The notes under the pieces are model-generated. The model searched no databases and had not been told where the DNA came from. It was given only the letters and a program-made list of their open reading frames with translations. From Bilabrum cf. latius (lineage: Eukaryota), in assembly GCA_965178125.1 (NCBI GenBank), contig OZ237740.1, forward strand, positions 1,426,001 to 1,490,000: DNA of 64,000 nucleotides, given 5' to 3'. How positions within the stretch are numbered: position 1 is the stretch's first letter; the number at the start of each line of letters is the position of its first letter. Shown here piece by piece: positions 63,117 through 64,000 of the stretch. Both the position numbers and the translations under genes were made by a program.

Positions 63117-64000
63117 ATGGCGCAAGCATCTGATGCTGCACGGCGGGATATTCGGCAGTATGGCACTCAAATCGGTGCGAGCCGGCAACGCGGACGGAAA
63201 AAGCAGCCAGAAACGTCAAAATGGAACGAATCACTGCAAATGGACGGGCTACAAAACTCCCCAAAGCTCCCTACTCTGCCAAGACCGCTGTATCGTCTCG
63301 TGATGGCAGCAAGACAACGGGGAATCGATCTGCGTCTCATGCCAAAGGGGATGGTGAAGAGGGATACGAATACAACGCGGTTGTGCTCGTCTCGAAGTTT
63401 GTGCGGTATATTGCCAAGTAGAGGATCTGTGCTGGCTCATAGGGTTGCCAACGGGAACAGACCCTCACCTGGGACGTCTGTCGTTGTTAGTCCAGCATAC
63501 GCAGCGGGGCGACTAGCGTACGGTCTGGTTGGGACGCAACCGACTGGCGTTTCGGAGTCAGATCAAAAGCGACGGCAGCCTAGCTCTATAGCACCTCACT
63601 CGCAGAGTGAAGCGATAGATCGATCACGAGCATCAAGGAGGCGGTCCAACCGGAAGCGGCGCCGCATCGAGGTCGAGACCCGCACGGTTGCAAGCACGGT
63701 CACACCGCAGTCTGGAGAAGAGTTGCGAGCAGAAAATGAAATAGAAGATCCACGAGAATCAAAGAAATCAAGAGTAGGGCAGCTGGAGAGCCAACCGGGC
63801 AGGTTGGTTGGGCCGAAGGATACCGCCGCAGACCAGCAGTCGGCTGGGCCGAAGGATACCGCCGCAGACCAGCAGTCGGCTGGGCCGAAGGATACCGCCG
63901 CAGACCAGCAGTCGGCTGGGCCGAAGGATACCGCCGCAGACCAGCAGTCGGCTGGGCCGAAGGATACCGCTGCAGTCAGGCAAACTCTTGAGTCTGGCAC
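63117..64000 (+). CDS. Hypothetical protein, 3'-partial, containing 12-aa tandem repeats
   Basis: Frame is open from ATG 63117 to the window end with no stop. Basic NLS-like 'RRRSNRKRRR'. Repeats of GPKDTAADQQSA. Confidence 0.45.
   Translation, partial: MAQASDAARRDIRQYGTQIGASRQRGRKKQPETSKWNESLQMDGLQNSPKLPTLPRPLYRLVMAARQRGIDLRLMPKGMVKRDTNTTRLCSSRSLCGILPSRGSVLAHRVANGNRPSPGTSVVVSPAYAAGRLAYGLVGTQPTGVSESDQKRRQPSSIAPHSQSEAIDRSRASRRRSNRKRRRIEVETRTVASTVTPQSGEELRAENEIEDPRESKKSRVGQLESQPGRLVGPKDTAADQQSAGPKDTAADQQSAGPKDTAADQQSAGPKDTAADQQSAGPKDTAAVRQTLESG
63810..63974. repeat. 36-bp perfect tandem repeat, about 4.6 copies
   Basis: Unit GGGCCGAAGGATACCGCCGCAGACCAGCAGTCGGCT at 63810, 63846, 63882, 63918, with a partial copy at 63954. 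Confidence 0.95.

Noticed and set aside
63810-63974. 36-bp repeat as a CRISPR array
   Set aside because: The copies are head-to-tail with no unique spacers, the unit is a multiple of three inside an open frame, there are no cas genes, and the context is eukaryotic.
1-64000. Internal TAGs as nonsense mutations (pseudogenes), C-to-T damage or sequencing error
   Set aside because: Decay or deamination would also create internal TAA (from CAA), TGA (from CGA or TGG) and frameshifts. Only TAG occurs, across about 20 otherwise intact genes on both strands.
1-64000. Ciliate-type table 6 code (TAA and TAG both Gln)
   Set aside because: No internal TAA was found in any gene model, and TAA ends five genes.
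1-64000. TAG as pyrrolysine, Leu, Glu or Tyr; TGA as Sec, Trp or Cys
   Set aside because: Conserved-site and poly-Q contexts point to Gln. TGA occurs only at gene ends or inside introns, and Trp positions use TGG.
1-64000. Suppressor tRNA-Gln(CUA) or eRF1 gene in the window
   Set aside because: No cloverleaf with A/B boxes and no eRF1 motifs were recognised by eye. They are presumably elsewhere in the genome.

Overview
Gene-dense, GC-rich eukaryotic nuclear DNA from a flagellated protist. A stramenopile, possibly bicosoecid-like, is my guess from weak cues only. The window has short canonical GT-AG introns (about 84-164 nt) and intergenic spacers often under 250 bp. The key signal is a non-standard nuclear genetic code in which TAG is a sense codon for glutamine while TAA and TGA remain stops. 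The supplied standard-code ORF track is therefore fragmented. Consecutive ORF pieces share one frame and are separated only by TAG. These TAGs sit at conserved Gln positions (CK1 'LGIE*SRRDDLE' and 'SLPW*GLK', PP2C 'N*DAF', TUTase 'LPCL*') and inside CAG/CAA poly-Gln tracts. Reading TAG as Gln gives about 28 coherent genes: sideroflexin, a ~4000-aa EF-hand/ankyrin protein, a GT32 glycosyltransferase, casein kinase 1, RecQ, an ICME-like hydrolase, TRP14, ARV1, a methyltransferase, a Cid1-like TUTase, RPLP2, CCDC113, VPS10/sortilin, PP2C, TFIIH p62, a tiny H1-like peptide, RPC34, a DUF4392 protein, a SPRY/NPCBM-like protein, a PAE/Notum-like esterase, TCTP and several hypothetical proteins. By hand count the models hold roughly 90 internal TAG and no internal TAA or TGA, and they end in 22 TGA and 5 TAA. 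All family calls come from remembered motifs, with no database search. No tRNA, rRNA, CRISPR array or mobile element was recognised.
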